A stretch of DNA of 64,000 nt from Octopus vulgaris (lineage: Eukaryota): positions 76,446,001 through 76,510,000 of the forward strand of contig OX597820.1 of the NCBI GenBank assembly GCA_951406725.2, in the 5' to 3' direction. Of this stretch, positions 27,846 to 39,923 are shown piece by piece. The notes beneath the pieces were generated by a model. That model did no database searches and was not told the DNA's origin. It saw only the letters and a program-made list of their open reading frames with translations. Position 1 is the stretch's first letter; the number at the start of each line of letters is the position of its first letter. The translations under genes were made by a program, and so were the position numbers.

Positions 27846-29437
27846 GTGAATGCGTGTGCTTATCTCCATTTCGGCTTGACAACAATTGTTGGTTCGTTTA
27901 CGTCCTCGTCACATTACCATTTGGACCGAAGACATCGCTAGAATAAGTACTAGACTTTCAAAAACAAACGTTACGGTCGATTTGTTCCGTTAAATCCCCA
28001 TAAGGCAGTGCTTCTGCATGGTCACAACGTAGGTCATGCAATTGAAAAATCCGTATTATTTATGGGATGACCTAATACATATACACATATTTATACACAC
28101 ACACACACACGCAGACACACACACACACACATATATATTTGTATATATATGTTTGCGCGCGTGTGTGTGTGCATGTGTAGATATATATATATATGTTTAT
28201 ATATATATATATCAAATATATACCTGATGATGCTAATGATGATGCTAATGATGATAATGATGTATGCATATATATGTGTGTGCGATTGTGTACGTATATA
28301 TATATATATATATATACAACACACATACATATATATTCTAAAAACTATCATTATCCGGCAGATCTTACAAAGTGACTTAATGGCACTGGTCATACCTGAA
28401 TATGTAAATATGTATGAATGCATTTTAGTAATGCATACATATTCGGTAAATTTGCATCTTCATTCCGTCGGACAAAATGAGTCGCGCCACATGATCCAAC
28501 TGCCTGCGTTATGAGCTCAACTTCCACCGAGACCAACATTACCTTGCATCATTTCAGAATCGATAAAGTAGCATTCTATAACAATTGACTGAGGTAACTG
28601 TAAAGACGTCGAACTTGATACCTTGTGGCATTTATTTTGAGTTTAAATCCCACCATGTTCTGCATGCATGGGTGGAGGAATTCACTCTGTCACAAGAAGT
28701 CAGGGCTGGTTTCCAGTTTGTGTATAACTCCCTCCACCCTTCCACAAAACACAGAAACTCTGTAACGGGCATTGAGAACTGCTTTCTTCGTGGAAACTAC
28801 TTCTATGCTTGTTTTAGTATTATAGTACGCCTCTAGTTTTTTTTTTTCTCCAGTACTTAGCTATTTTCGTAATTTTGTATAGATGCTTTGTTTCCTTATA
28901 ATATTTCAACAATTTTCCGTATTTTGTGTGGTAATGCGCATTGTAATTGCTCTGTGTTGTAAGTGTAAGATTAATTACAAATATCCACGTGCAGTGCACT
29001 CACGCACACATAAATATAAGATATCGCCGGTCGTAGCTTCATTAGAAGGTGAAATCCTTATACGGTTGCCATTCTTTTTTTGGCTCATCTTTTCGATGGT
29101 GCTTCAAGTTTGTTAATTAGGTATGCTTTAAAATTGTAATACTGTGATTTATAAGTAATATGGTCGAATCTAATTCCAAAGCACTTATATAAGATGAACA
29201 ATAAATTAAACAAATATTCGATAGGTAATAAATTAGCTTTTAAAAATCAAAATAAAATATTACACATATATTTTGATTCAAGAGAAGGAAATATTGAAGC
29301 ATTAAAATAAAAAATTCCGGAGAGGCGTGTTGATAATCGTTATCACTTGGTCACAAATTACATGACCAGACAGACAATTGTTTGCTCGAATCAGTTCTTG
29401 CGATGGATAAAAAAGCCCCAAAATAGAAGAAATCATA

Positions 29438-29760
29438 CAGTTCTATATTTAAGAGATTAGGAATTATGTACATTATTTACATTATTTACATTTGACGGGC
29501 ATATGGCGTAGTTGTTAAGAGCGCAGGTTTCTAACCCCAAGATTCCGAGATCGATTCCAGGTAGTGACCTGTATAATAATAATAATAATAATAACAGCAA
29601 CAACAACATTGAAAAATACCTTAGGAATGAGAACCCAGGTTCGAAATTTCCACAAGACACCTGATGACGGCTGGAGGGTATATCAACCGAAAAGTTGTGT
29701 TAACAACAAACAAGATGAGAACAAATATCGTCAAATGTAAATAATGTAAATAATGTAGAA
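29438..29760 (+). mobile_element. tRNA-headed, hammerhead-containing SINE with an inverted copy of its own 3' end at the 5' side
   Basis: tRNA-like head 29497-29571 (A box TGGCGTAGTTG, B box GAGATCGATTCC), (AAT)n linker, hammerhead 29656-29701, tail (GTAAATAAT)2. 29438-29498 is the reverse complement of the family tail. Confidence 0.8.
29656..29701 (+). ncRNA. Hammerhead motif H1, mildly mutated
   Basis: GACAC-CUGAUGA-C-GGCUG...CAACC-GAAAA-GUU-GUGUU. Stem II mismatch and broken stem III palindrome. Confidence 0.65.
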
Positions 29761-31683
29761 GAAATTCTCACTGACCAATGAGAGGGGAGAGCCAAACAGC
29801 CTTATTTCGATAACGTTATGTATAACCTAAAAATACATCAGCTTGTCTTATTGAACTCAACAAATATATTCGTTTCAAATTTTGGCACAAGGCCAGCTAT
29901 TTCGGGGAAGTGGGTTGAGTCTTGAGACGAGTACCTCAACTGGTACTTATTTTATCGACTGCGAAAAGATGACAGACATAATCAAGCTCCGTGGAATTTG
30001 AAATCAGAACGTGAAGCCGGAAGAAATGCCGCTAAGCATTTTGTCCGGTGTGCTAACGATTCTGGCAGCCCGCTGCCTTGTAAAGATACATACACACACA
30101 CAAAACAGGCTTCAGCACGTCTACCAAATTCACTCGCAAAGTATTGGTAGGCTTGGGACTATAGTAGAAAACATTTACCCTTGGTACCGCGTAGTCGGAA
30201 TGAACCCGAAACTACTTGGTCAGAAAGCGAGCTTTTTAACCACACAGCCATGCATATATGTGTGTGTGTACGCACACCATATGTTGACTTCAGATTTTAG
30301 CACGAGGCCAGCAGTTTGGAGTGGGGTTTAGTCGATTACATCGACCCCAGTGCTAGACTGGTACTTATACTATCGATCCTGAAAGGATGAGAAGCAAATT
30401 CAAACTTGGTGGAATTTGAACTCAGAACGTAGCGACGGACGAAATGCTGCTAAGCATAATGCCCGGTGTGCTAACGAATCTGTCATCTTGCTACACTTTC
30501 GCACACCAAATATTAGTTATGATTTCTTACTGATGTCAACTTTCTGATTTTCAAATTAACTGTAAGAATGAAATAATTCCAGACTTACTCTTAATAAAAG
30601 AGTGTAAATTCAGTTTGTCATTAAAATGTTTAATATTTTGCATCCATAATATTGTTTGACCGTACGACACGGAAGATAATTATCAACATATACAAATATA
30701 TCACATGTAATAACTCTCTTTCCAAAACTTATAACTTGCGCTATTACCTCAATCTAGTGGCCTGAACCTATCCATATACGGCATAGCTGCTATTCTAAAA
30801 TGAAAATTACCCGTCTTATCGTATACATCAATCCCCACAGATTTGTTAAAAATCTTAACCGTAATATCCAGATAAATAGTCTTACATCTTTAATTTGACT
30901 AGCTTCAAACCACCTTAGATAAATGTTACAGAAGTTTTAAGAAAAATAACAATGCAATAAAAATATACTCTATATAAAACAACAACTACTTAAGTTGCCT
31001 CACAAAATCAAACTTCTTAGTTTTCCATTAGTCACTAAAATAAACTTACACGGCGCCAAGTGCATATGAGCTAAAAAATGTTCTACAATTAGCCATTCAA
31101 TCTTGTTGCGTATACACGTATACTTACACACCAGTTGCATATAATTCTTTTATTAGAAATAAATACAATTTCTTTGAGAAAAGTCTATTATTTTTTAATC
31201 TTGCAGCCACACATCAGCCTTACCTTGCAGATTTCATAAAACAAGTTTGCATTGAAATAGCTTTACGTAAAATGTATTCAATTTTTTTTGTCATTGCATG
31301 TGGCTTATGTAGTTCACATTTTGTGATTTAGTGTAATAGTTAAGATAACTCTTGATAATATCTACATTATTTCATGCTCTATACGCACACACAAAAGCGA
31401 CAGTTTCTTTTTATATAGCGTTTCTTTGGTGGGTTAAAGTGTCTGTGATATTTTCTTGCTCAACCTTTTTACATGATAACTCCTTCGGAATGAGTATTCT
31501 GACTGGTGAAACGTGTAAGTAAAAAAGTTAATTAAAAAAATCAATCATAATTTACCATGTTAGAAACTCTTTCTGGTGTTTGAGTTAATTAAAGCGAAGT
31601 CCACTTTATTGCAGTAATACATATATTCTGATTTACTAGATATCTTTTCTAATCAACTTTCGTCTGAGGGCCTCTTTGCTGTC

Positions 31684-32100
31684 GACAAGTGGGATAAGCA
31701 CCACCCTGAAGCTATAACTGAAGGAGAAAATGTAATGATTCTTTGGGACTGTCTAGTACATACAGACCGAAACATCACAGCTAATAAACCGGACATTGTT
31801 GTGAAAGATCAAATCAATAAAGTTTGTTTATTGATCGACTTGAGTATTCCTTGGGATCATAATATTTCGGCAAAATAATTTGGCAAGTTAAAAAAACATA
31901 AAGTTTTGTTCATTGAAATTGAAAAATTGTGACCTCTCCAGGTGGTTACGATACCAGTGAAAGTAGGAGCACTTGGCATGATGAAAATGGAACTGAAAAA
32001 TCTTTGAAAGTGATCCTTGGCTTACTATCAATGCAAGAAGTGCAAAAGATTGTTTTAACTACTATATCGGACGTATTGAGAACATTGTTGCTGTGAGAAC
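31684..32100 (+). mobile_element. R4/Dong-like RLE LINE 3' fragment
   Basis: ENVMILWD...TDRNITANKPDIVVKD..LIDLSIP motif with stops. Confidence 0.8.
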
Positions 32101-32199
32101 GATTACCACCCATGTAATTTCCCCCATAACGTAATTTCATATTGAAAGTGAACAATCTGGTGTGTTTAATTTAATGATTTATCAATGTATATAGTGAGT

Positions 32200-32960
32200 T
32201 TCTTTGCCGTCGGTGTCGGGAAGACACTCGGCAAGAAATGAAAAAAATTGAAAGAAGAAAAACTAGAAGGTGAAGATAGTGCCAATTATTGTTGGGTCCA
32301 TCAGAAAGCATCAAGAGGAATATTAAGGGAATCGGAATAGAATGCCCGGTAGAACTGTTATAAAAGGTTTGCATCCTTGTCACGGCCAGAATAACCAGGC
32401 AAGTACCAGATAGTTAGAAAGAACTTAACATGGTATTGTAGGCTGCAGGTAGCAAGCTCGCTACGCACGCAAGGCTCCAGGAGTTCCAACAAAATCTGAG
32501 TTATAAAGAAAAAAATCTCAGCAGTTACCACTGACGTGGAATATTCTGAGCTACACAGATAAGAAGGTGCAAAATAAATGACTAGACATCACTCCTACGG
32601 AAGAAGTCCGAAGAAGGGACCTTCATTGCCATAGCTATTTCTGAAGACCAGAATGTTGTGAGGACAGAACGAGAAAGTCGAGGAATACAAAACCCTCGTA
32701 TTGTAAGTGAAACGCAACTACAGTAACTCAAAATGTGAGTGTGGCACCTATTGTGAGCAGTGTGCTTGGGACCATCTCAAAGACAGCAATATTCTTGTAT
32801 GAAAAGCTGCAAATACCAAACTTTCTAGGACATACATATTTGGTAGTCAAACTCAGAACAGCACATGTGTTGAAGGAAATGTTGCGTCTCTAAGCTGCCG
32901 GCAAGAGCTGAGAAGTGGCATGGGGATAACACAGGAAACGAAAGTATAATGGAAATAAAG
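32200..32960 (+). mobile_element. Two further highly decayed RLE LINE 3' ends
   Basis: Degenerate VPIIVG / KVCILVTARI and VAPIVS.VLGT / NSEQH.LK-like C-terminal motifs, each followed by a short 3'UTR. Confidence 0.5.
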
Positions 32961-32992
32961 AATAATAGCAGCAGCAGCAGCAACAACAACGT

Positions 32993-33053
<61 letters not shown>

Positions 33054-33350
33054 TTTTTAAACAAGTGTATGAACAGAAATTTTGGGAAGAGGTAAACGAT
33101 AATAATTTCGATTCAGAATTCAATTCTTTAAACCACACGTTATTTCATCAATTTCAACATCGTCAAAGACAAATTCTATTCCGTTTCGATGGTAACTTAG
33201 AACTTAAAGAGCAACAGTTAAATTCCACCAGATATCTTTTTTCTTGAGATTTTCTGATTCAGCCAATCCTTCATGTCACATTATTTTCATATTTGTCATT
33301 TGTAGTAGTATCCATCTCTCTCTCTTTCTTTCTCTCTCCCTCTCTGTCTA

Positions 33351-33427
<77 letters not shown>

Positions 33428-33544
33428 CGGTGCGAATGATTTTTTTATACGACACCATTTTTACATTCCTCAAAATAATAATTACGGTGATCGCCATAAG
33501 TTTTAAGCTTATATAAAAATACCATTATATATATATATATATGT

Positions 33545-33770
33545 GTTCTTCATGAAAAATTTAAGCGTGCTGCTCGAAAGCGCACTGCTAGTGTAGTGAA
33601 TAGGGAAAGCTTGGTTTGCAATGTTTGCTGTCGTGTATGCTTTTCAAGAGCAGGGCTCATTAGCCATCAACGGAACCGCAAATACAAAATATAAGTAACT
33701 CCTAGAGCGCACAATGTTCCTAAAGGTTAGCAATGGTCAACCTCGGTTACAAGTGGAGGCCATCATCATA
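33545..33770 (+). mobile_element. RTE LINE 3' terminal fragment
   Basis: LVCNVCCRVCFSRAGLISHQR zinc-finger tail, followed by a short 3'UTR ending (CAT)n. Confidence 0.7.
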
Positions 33771-33774
33771 TAGA

Positions 33775-34990
33775 ATTGACCGTAATATCTTACTGTCAAA
33801 ATTGACAAATGTTGGAATCCGTAAAAAACTTCTACCTTGGATTGAGTATTTCCTGGTGAACGAAGCACAACATGTTGTGGTCGATGGAATCCACTGAAGG
33901 CCAGCAAAAGTTACCAGTGGTGTCCCTCAGGGGACTGTCTTGGGACCGCTTCATTTTATAATCTATATAAACGAACTTTACAGCGTCAAAAAACACAGCA
34001 AAGTGAAAATATTCGCTGATGACTCTAAGCTCCAGAAAATTATCACTGAAGAAATATGACCGAACTCAAATTCAGTCTGATCTACATGATGTGAGTCAAT
34101 GGGCAGACAAAAGCAAAATACAACTAAACGAGGGAAAATTTGAGCTGATACATTTTGGAGAAAAGTCTATGCTACAACTGCCATACTCTCTTCTTTCAGC
34201 GGGCCATCTCACAGCGTCTTATAATATCAGAGACTTAGGAGTAATTATTGATAACAATCTTGTTGGAGTGCCTACATCAACAATAAAGTCGATATAGCTC
34301 GTAAGATGAGCTCCTGGATCCTAAGAACCTTCCGCTCTAGAGAACAAGGTGTCATCATTCCACTTTTCTCCTCCTTTGTACGTCGACACCTCGAATACTG
34401 CTGCTCCCTGTGATCTCCATATACAAAACAAAACATTTCGAAAATTGAACCACCTCAGAGGTCATTCACTAAAAGAATTAAGGACATGACTGATCTCGAT
34501 TACTAGGACCGCCTTAAAGCATTGAAACTATTCTCTTCAGTGCTGCCGTGAGCGATGCATCATTTGCACAATGTGGAGAATATACCACCAGCATTGCCCA
34601 AACGACCTCAACATTAGCTTCAAAATTCAACCAAGGCTAAGACCATGGGCCATACGTCCCCTACCCAATTCAGGATCATAACACATAAATACACTGCGAC
34701 ACAACTTATTTTCCTCAACAGGCCCTGCCCTATTTAACGTTGTCCCGAAACTGATCAAAGAGGAAAAGAATCCCATTACCTTTAAGCAACGGAATCTGGA
34801 CAAATTTCTTCAAGGAATACCAGATGAGCCACCTATACCTGTATACAGCTCGCTCAACAAGACCTCCCTACTCGAATGGACCATGATACCACAAAACTTG
34901 ACTCAAAAATGATCTAGATAATCCTATCAAGTGGTGCTATTAAGTTAGGCATGGCCAGGACCAATCTCTGGTCGAAACATATCTAAGTTT
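33775..34990 (+). mobile_element. CR1/L2-group LINE, RT-to-3'UTR fragment
   Basis: TSGVPQGTVLGPL.FIIYINE and KIFADDSKL motifs, with stops and frameshifts. Same 3' end as 817-1295. Confidence 0.9.
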
Positions 34991-35023
34991 ATATACATAT
35001 ACATATATATATATAAATATATT

Positions 35024-35417
35024 GTTTGTGTCCTGTTATTACTAATATTGTTTTTTGTATTTATATTCGTGTGGCATCGTACAAATCTAATGCTCGTAGC
35101 TTAGCTTTTCCTTGGGGCTGGCCGGATTGGAGCGATCTCAAGATTAATCAGCCGAAATTGCGAGGATGATCCGGTTCTTGACTGAAGATTGAAGGCTTCG
35201 AATGTCCCGTCCGTGTTTTTTGCATCGTCTTCTAAATGTTTTACGTTCCTGTCCCAGTTTGTATTTTTCTACATATAATATATATCGCGGCACCCGTACC
35301 CTTTTTGGTTTTGTATGTAAGTACATATTTCTTTAAATTTGGTACGACTCTATAACATTGTCTCTCTCTCTCCCCCTCTCCTACATTTCTCTGCCTTTCA
35401 CACTTTGCACTCCATTT

Positions 35418-35456
<39 letters not shown>

Positions 35457-36131
35457 ACTCCTCCTTTTCTCTTTTCTTGCCTCTGATTCTTTGGGCTCCT
35501 CTTCCCCCACTCTCTCACATTTCTCTGTCTTTCTCACTTTGCACCTCACTGATTCTGTCGCCAAGCCAATCCTTGGCACGCTCTCTTTCTTCTCCCCTTT
35601 TTAATTCCTTCTTTCTCTCTCTTCTGCCCCCCCCCTTTGATGCCTTTGTCCCTCTTTTTCTCTGTATCTTTGATTCCTTTGCCCCCTTTTTTTCTCTCTT
35701 TTCTCCTCTCACGTGACCGCCGGTCAACTAGCCTTTCGGCTTCTGACCACCGTTACGAGAACATCGTTTTCTTCGTCTGCCGCCAAGGCATTTTTTTCCA
35801 AATACGCCAGCTAAGCTTCGTTGAACTGTCTAAAGTCGTAAGACACCCGCTGTTTTTATCCTGTTATTACTATTATTGTTTTTTGTATTTATATTCGTGT
35901 GGCATCGTTCGTTTTTCTGTCCTTGTTTCGTATACATTCGATCCTTTTCCCAAGAAATCTAATGCTCGTAGCTTAGCTTTTCCTTGGGGCTGGCCGGATC
36001 GGAGCGATCTCAAGATTAATCATCCGGATCATCCGGTTCTTGACTGAAGATTGAAGGCTTCGAATGTCCCGTCCGTGTTTTTTGTATCGTCTTCTAAATA
36101 TTTTACGTTCCTGTCCCAGTTTGTATTTTTC

Positions 36132-36140
<9 letters not shown>
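35024..36140 (+). repeat. Element bounded by ~260-290 bp direct repeats, embedded in (TA)n
   Basis: 35024-35283 and 35857-36140 are near-identical apart from indels and flank a non-coding pyrimidine-rich body of about 570 bp. Confidence 0.8.
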
Positions 36141-36162
<22 letters not shown>

Positions 36163-36223
36163 ATTTTTTTCAGAATGAGATAAAAAGCCAAGGCGCTGGA
36201 GATTTTAGAATATTTATAAATAG

Positions 36224-36271
36224 GTCTTACAGCTGTTTCCAGGGTATTTATTATATTCCTTCATCGGAGAC
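36224..36271 (-). ncRNA. Hammerhead motif (family H4), inverted sister copy
   Basis: GUCU-CCGAUGA...GAAAC-AGCU-GUA-AGAC, with the palindrome ACAGCUGU. Confidence 0.65.
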
Positions 36272-36937
36272 GTTGTGAGAAGATGGTTAAGCAATAGTTA
36301 ATTTAAATATGATAAAAAAATAGAGAGTAAAGTGGAGGAATGAAAATAGATGTGAAATATGCAGGGATATTGCATTTGTAGATCCATTATTTAGGCAGAA
36401 TGATATACATATAAGATTCCAATACCTTCTGGGTAAAATCCAATAGTATTTAAAATTGGTCATTCCAAGTATAGAGTTTGTACACAGTGCTATTGACTCA
36501 AAGGTTTTATTTAAAGTGACCTAAAAGTATGGAATGTATTTTTAAGTTTAAATCGAAAACAGAAAGAGAGGAATAAAGAAAAGAAAGAAAAAAAAGAAAA
36601 ACAAGAGAGGCAATAAAGGAAAGTGTACCAGTTAGTGGTCAGTCAAGATAATTTGAAAGTAGGAATGGGGAGATGAAGATGGTAGAGAGAAAAGTGTATT
36701 AGAGTGTAAAAAGATAGAAGGAATGGGGGTGAAAGAGAGAGAAAGAGAGAGATAGAGATAGAGAGAGAGAAAGGTATAAAGATATAAAAGGTAAATGAGC
36801 GTCAATTATGTAGTGATAGAGTCGAAGTGATGGGGCAGAGAGAGGGGTAGTAGTATGGAATGAAAGATTTAGAAATATAGATTTGGTGGTTGGACATGTC
36901 AGTACTTAGTAGTAGAAGAAAATATATATGTATACAT

Positions 36938-37320
36938 GAGTGGCTGTGTGGTAAGTAGCTTGCTAACCAACCGCATGGTTCCGGGTTCAGTCCCACTGCG
37001 TGGCATCTTGGGCAAGTGTCTTCTGCTATAGCCCCGGGCCGACCAAAGCTTTGTGAGTGGATTTGGTAGACGGAAACTGAAAGAAGCCTGTCGTATATAT
37101 GTATATATTTATATATGTGTATGTGTGTGTTTGTGTGTCTGTGTTTGTCCTCCTAGCATTGCTTGACAATCGATGCTGGTGTGTTTACGTCCCCGTCACT
37201 TAGCGGTTCGGCAAAAGAGGCCGATAGAATAAGTACTGGGCTTACAAAGAATAAAGGCGGTGCTCCAGCATGGCCGCAGTCAAATGACTGAAACAAGTAA
37301 AAGAGTAAAAGAGTAAAAGG
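36938..37320 (+). mobile_element. tRNA-derived CORE-like SINE (family B). Other copies at 25876-26270, 40340-40730, 45440-45555, 51205-51580, 56600-57140 (plus) and 3375-3620, 4235-4395, 5330-5505, 9150-9245, 11455-11690, 20340-20550, 24250-24585, 30100-30250, 44030-44365, 52240-52620, 60290-60660, 62165-62560 (minus)
   Basis: GAGTGGCTGTGTGGTAAG..GGTTCCGGGTTCAGTCCC..CTTGGGCAAGTGTCTT..GGATTTGGTAGACGGAAACTGAAAGAAGC-microsatellite-..GCGGTTCGGCAAAAGAG..GACTGAAACAAGTAAAAGA. Confidence 0.9.
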
Positions 37321-37350
37321 AGTATGTATGTATGTATATATATATATATA

Positions 37351-38106
37351 TGCAAAACAGAAGGAATAGATAACGAAAACGAATCGGCTATATTTACATA
37401 CCGAATTCTACCAGTAAATAATTGGGTTTTTTTTAAAAGCCTTTATAGAAATTATTTACTCTTATTATTATATTACTATTTGGATTTTTCACTCCCTTAT
37501 GACAACCTAATAGTTCCCCATCTTATGGAACTATTTTTGTGGTGCGCATGGCAAAATTTTGGAGGGAAGATTTACGAATTCAAACGTCTATGTAGGTTTA
37601 GCTTTTGCTCACTTTCTTCAAATATTTTGATGTCGCATGGTCAGAAGGTTTGAGGTACGTAGCATTTGATAAATCTATGATAAATCTTTTTCAATGGAAA
37701 GCTGTGCTGAAGAAGGATGTGAAATATATATGCAATGTATATGAAATATATATCAAAAATATATATGGAATATATATTCAATATGTTTATAATCCAGAAA
37801 CATGATGTTCACAGATAACCACTAGACTTCGTTTTCGTTATCTATTCCTTCTGTTTTGCATATGTGAATTACAGGGTTTGTCATGCCCGGAGTCCAACTT
37901 TGATAGAAATAAGCATTCTTGACTGCTATTTCTATTTTTTCGGTATGCGGTCAAGCAACCTGTTTGCCTGTCCCTTTTTCTTATATACAATATATATACT
38001 GAACTTTACAGAAGTTCCTGCCGGTAATCGGCTATATTTACATACCGAATTCTACCAGTAAATAATTGGGTTTTTTTAAAAGCCTTTATAGAAATTATTT
38101 ACTCTT

Positions 38107-38110
<4 letters not shown>
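37351..38110. repeat. (TA)n-embedded element with combined inverted and direct terminal repeats
   Basis: 37351-37383 is the reverse complement of 37828-37860. 37383-37463 is directly repeated at about 38027-38106. Confidence 0.75.
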
Positions 38111-38186
<76 letters not shown>

Positions 38187-38460
38187 CTGTTTATACATAA
38201 CGATATCTACATATACAACTCGTACTCATATGTATAAGTACACATGCATACCCAGATATACGTATATTTTTATGCATTATCGCCTCTGTACACTCGGTTA
38301 TAAATACCTTGCATACATACATTCACGCATGCACACATTCATACGTACACGCATACACACATGCATATACACGCACTACCAAACACATCCTACTGACACT
38401 ACCCGAAATACCACCACAATCTCAACCATCCTTAAAAATAGTACAATTAATAACAACACC

Positions 38461-38508
38461 GTCTCTGATGAAGGGATATAATAAATATCCTGGAAACAGC
38501 TGCAAGAC
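38461..38508 (+). ncRNA. Hammerhead motif (family H4)
   Basis: GUCU-CUGAUGA-A-GGGAUAU(AAUAA)AUAUCCU-G-GAAAC-AGCU-GCA-AGAC. The cleavage triplet is GCA here and GUA in the sister copy. Confidence 0.7.
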
Positions 38509-38717
38509 CTTCTATTTATAAATGTTCTAAAATCTTCAGTCTTGATGTTTTATCTCATTCTGAAAAAAAATATATAAACACATGCTGATATATGACCTAC
38601 GTTGGACTGCTTATTCGCATAATTACCGAACATGGATCTTAACTACGGTCTATCTATAGCGCTTACTCTGCATTACCTGATACCTTTGTGTCTTACTGAC
38701 AACATTATCTCTTATAA

Positions 38718-38762
<45 letters not shown>

Positions 38763-39238
38763 ATATAGGAAACGCAACTGGAATGATTTGAAGCAAAGTA
38801 TTTCCAAGTGAGTAGCGATAGTGAATTATCAATACATTGCGGTCGGCCTGATTCTGAAAGTTGATAATATAATTATTTATTGTATAATTACTTTTACTTG
38901 CAACGAGTTTGGTTCAGTATACGACGTCCGTGCTTTTTAATGATTATTAAAGACGAAAGCCATGTCCAAGGATTTTTAATGGGGATTATTTTCACCAGTG
39001 GTAACAAAGCTTTTTTATTGAGCAGTATGAACATGGTTTTAAATGGCATGTAATGTCGGAAGTAAGATTCATGCTTTTTCTTGATGAGAAGTTATGTCGC
39101 CAATGATGTCCATGCATATTTTAATGGGCATTAATATTATAAACGAGGTTCGGGCTTGTTTAATGTCGTAAACGACGTAAATCGAAACACTGTTGAATGG
39201 GAGTTTAATATTCTACAACGCGTGTTGTCATTTTTCAC

Positions 39239-39244
39239 TTTATT
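39239..39244 (-). promoter_or_regulatory. Candidate polyadenylation signal for the SLC6 mRNA (alternatives at 39879-39884 and 39014-39019)
   Basis: AATAAA hexamers on the minus strand downstream of the stop, in AT-rich sequence. Which one is used cannot be determined from sequence. Confidence 0.3.
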
Positions 39245-39923
39245 AATACAATAACAAATGATTTATTTAGAAGTCTTTTAAAAAAATGACTATAGATTTA
39301 CAAAGACTAAAAATAAATTATACAGAAGTTCAAAAGTAAAATGAAACAATAAATAACAGATTATAAATTAAAATAGAAAATACAAAATGAAACACGGAAA
39401 TGCATTGTGAGTTAATGAGTGATCAAGATAGATTTTTATGGATGCTTCTTGTTTACATGAATATTTATTTCGTTTTAAACTTTCACACTTCGAACTTAAT
39501 TCCACGCAACGCACCCGGTGACTCATGCTTTCTCTTTCTTCTTTTCCTCTTTCTCTCTCATACATATACACACTTTCTCACTCTCTCTCTCGCTCTCTCG
39601 CTCTTTCTCACTTATAGAGACTCACAGACACACACACTACATGATCTTTGTCTCTAACTCTCTTTCTCACTCTCATATCTACGTCTCACTTGCTTCCTCT
39701 CTCTCTCTCACTCGCTCAGCTTCCGGTTGTTTTACTTCATTTCACCTTCTGTCGTTTGTGATTATATGAAATCTCAGAATCAACGTATCGTTTTATGTTG
39801 TTGTTGTTTTTTTTTCCCTTTCATTGTTTATAAACTGTCAAATTGTATTTGTATCATATTGTGATTCTGTACTGTCTATTTATTCACTTAATTCTTTTTT
39901 AAGTATCTTATTTGTTCTGAGAA

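Noticed and set aside
29497-29571. tRNA-like sequences as genuine tRNA genes (also 4901-4975, 25193-25265, 60150-60224)
   Set aside because: Poor acceptor stems and embedding in repeated elements indicate SINE heads.
31478-31520. GAAACGTGTAAGT with upstream ACT, a possible decayed hammerhead
   Set aside because: The CUGANGA core is absent; too degenerate to support.
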